Assembly: GCA_043775075.1 (NCBI GenBank)
Contig: JAYVSS010000019.1
Span: 1 to 47,223, forward strand
Direction: 5' to 3'
DNA: 47,223 nucleotides
Origin: Acidimicrobiia bacterium
GTDB lineage: Bacteria; Actinomycetota; Acidimicrobiia; Acidimicrobiales; JANYDT01
Of this stretch, positions 47,141 through 47,223 are shown one piece after another (positions within the stretch are counted from its first letter, which is position 1; every line of letters starts with the position of its first letter). The notes beneath the pieces were generated by a model. That model searched no databases. It was not told the origin of the DNA and was given only the letters and a program-made list of their open reading frames with translations. The position numbers were made by a program, and so were the translations under genes.

Positions 47141-47223
47141 GATCTTGTGGACAACTAGCCGATGTTCCCTGTGGAAGACCGGGGGACGGACGGTGGACCA
47201 GCAACTTCGGCCGCGGCTTCGGC

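Noticed and set aside
46992-47204. 70-aa minus-strand ORF upstream of nrdJ
   Set aside because: It spans the putative nrdJ promoter and an intrinsic terminator, has no RBS and shows no family resemblance. It is probably non-coding.

Overview
This is a high-GC, actinobacterial-type chromosomal segment, and it is almost entirely core or housekeeping genes. Left to right: recG (5' part, edge-truncated), a membrane protein, yloV (DAK2) divergent from rpmB, a cold-shock-domain-like protein, pckG, a DUF559-type ORF flanked by repeats, and an RluA-family pseudouridine synthase. Next come a PspC-domain two-component envelope-stress cluster, an aldo/keto reductase, an HD hydrolase, a stand-alone Lrp/AsnC ligand-binding protein, pirin, DUF1361 and class I fumarase. 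These are followed by an MFS half-gene remnant, a secreted repeat protein, nitronate monooxygenase, an EamA transporter, ada-alkA/ogt, an FAH-family hydrolase and a fasciclin protein with an orphan OmpA-like ORF. The right half holds an ornithine-decarboxylase-like enzyme, leuA with a Leu-codon leader, a spherulin-4-like protein, an Rrf2-cysI-cobA sulfur block, leuB, greA, a PhyH-like dioxygenase, GH15, an alpha/beta hydrolase, an IclR (LtbR-like) regulator with leuCD, and nrdJ. I saw no rRNA, tRNA, CRISPR array, transposase, integrase or recognisable defence gene. I cannot honestly point to a convincing new multi-gene system. The most unusual items are: (1) two copies of a nested inverted-repeat element with conserved 9-mer boxes bracketing the DUF559 ORF; (2) a secreted tandem-repeat protein with a Gly/Arg tail next to a decapitated MFS gene; (3) an OmpA-like domain ORF with no start codon, out of frame behind the fasciclin gene; (4) a 15-codon uORF whose stop codon overlaps the Shine-Dalgarno (SD) ribosome-binding sequence of the decarboxylase; (5) a five-Leu-codon leader and attenuator upstream of leuA; (6) AT-rich palindromes sharing CACATAGT on both sides of leuCD; (7) a cobA with an apparent internal deletion. 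Many long ORFs in the supplied track are antisense artefacts of high GC or 5'-overextended, and I trimmed starts by hand. All homology calls come from reading motifs by eye, not from searches.
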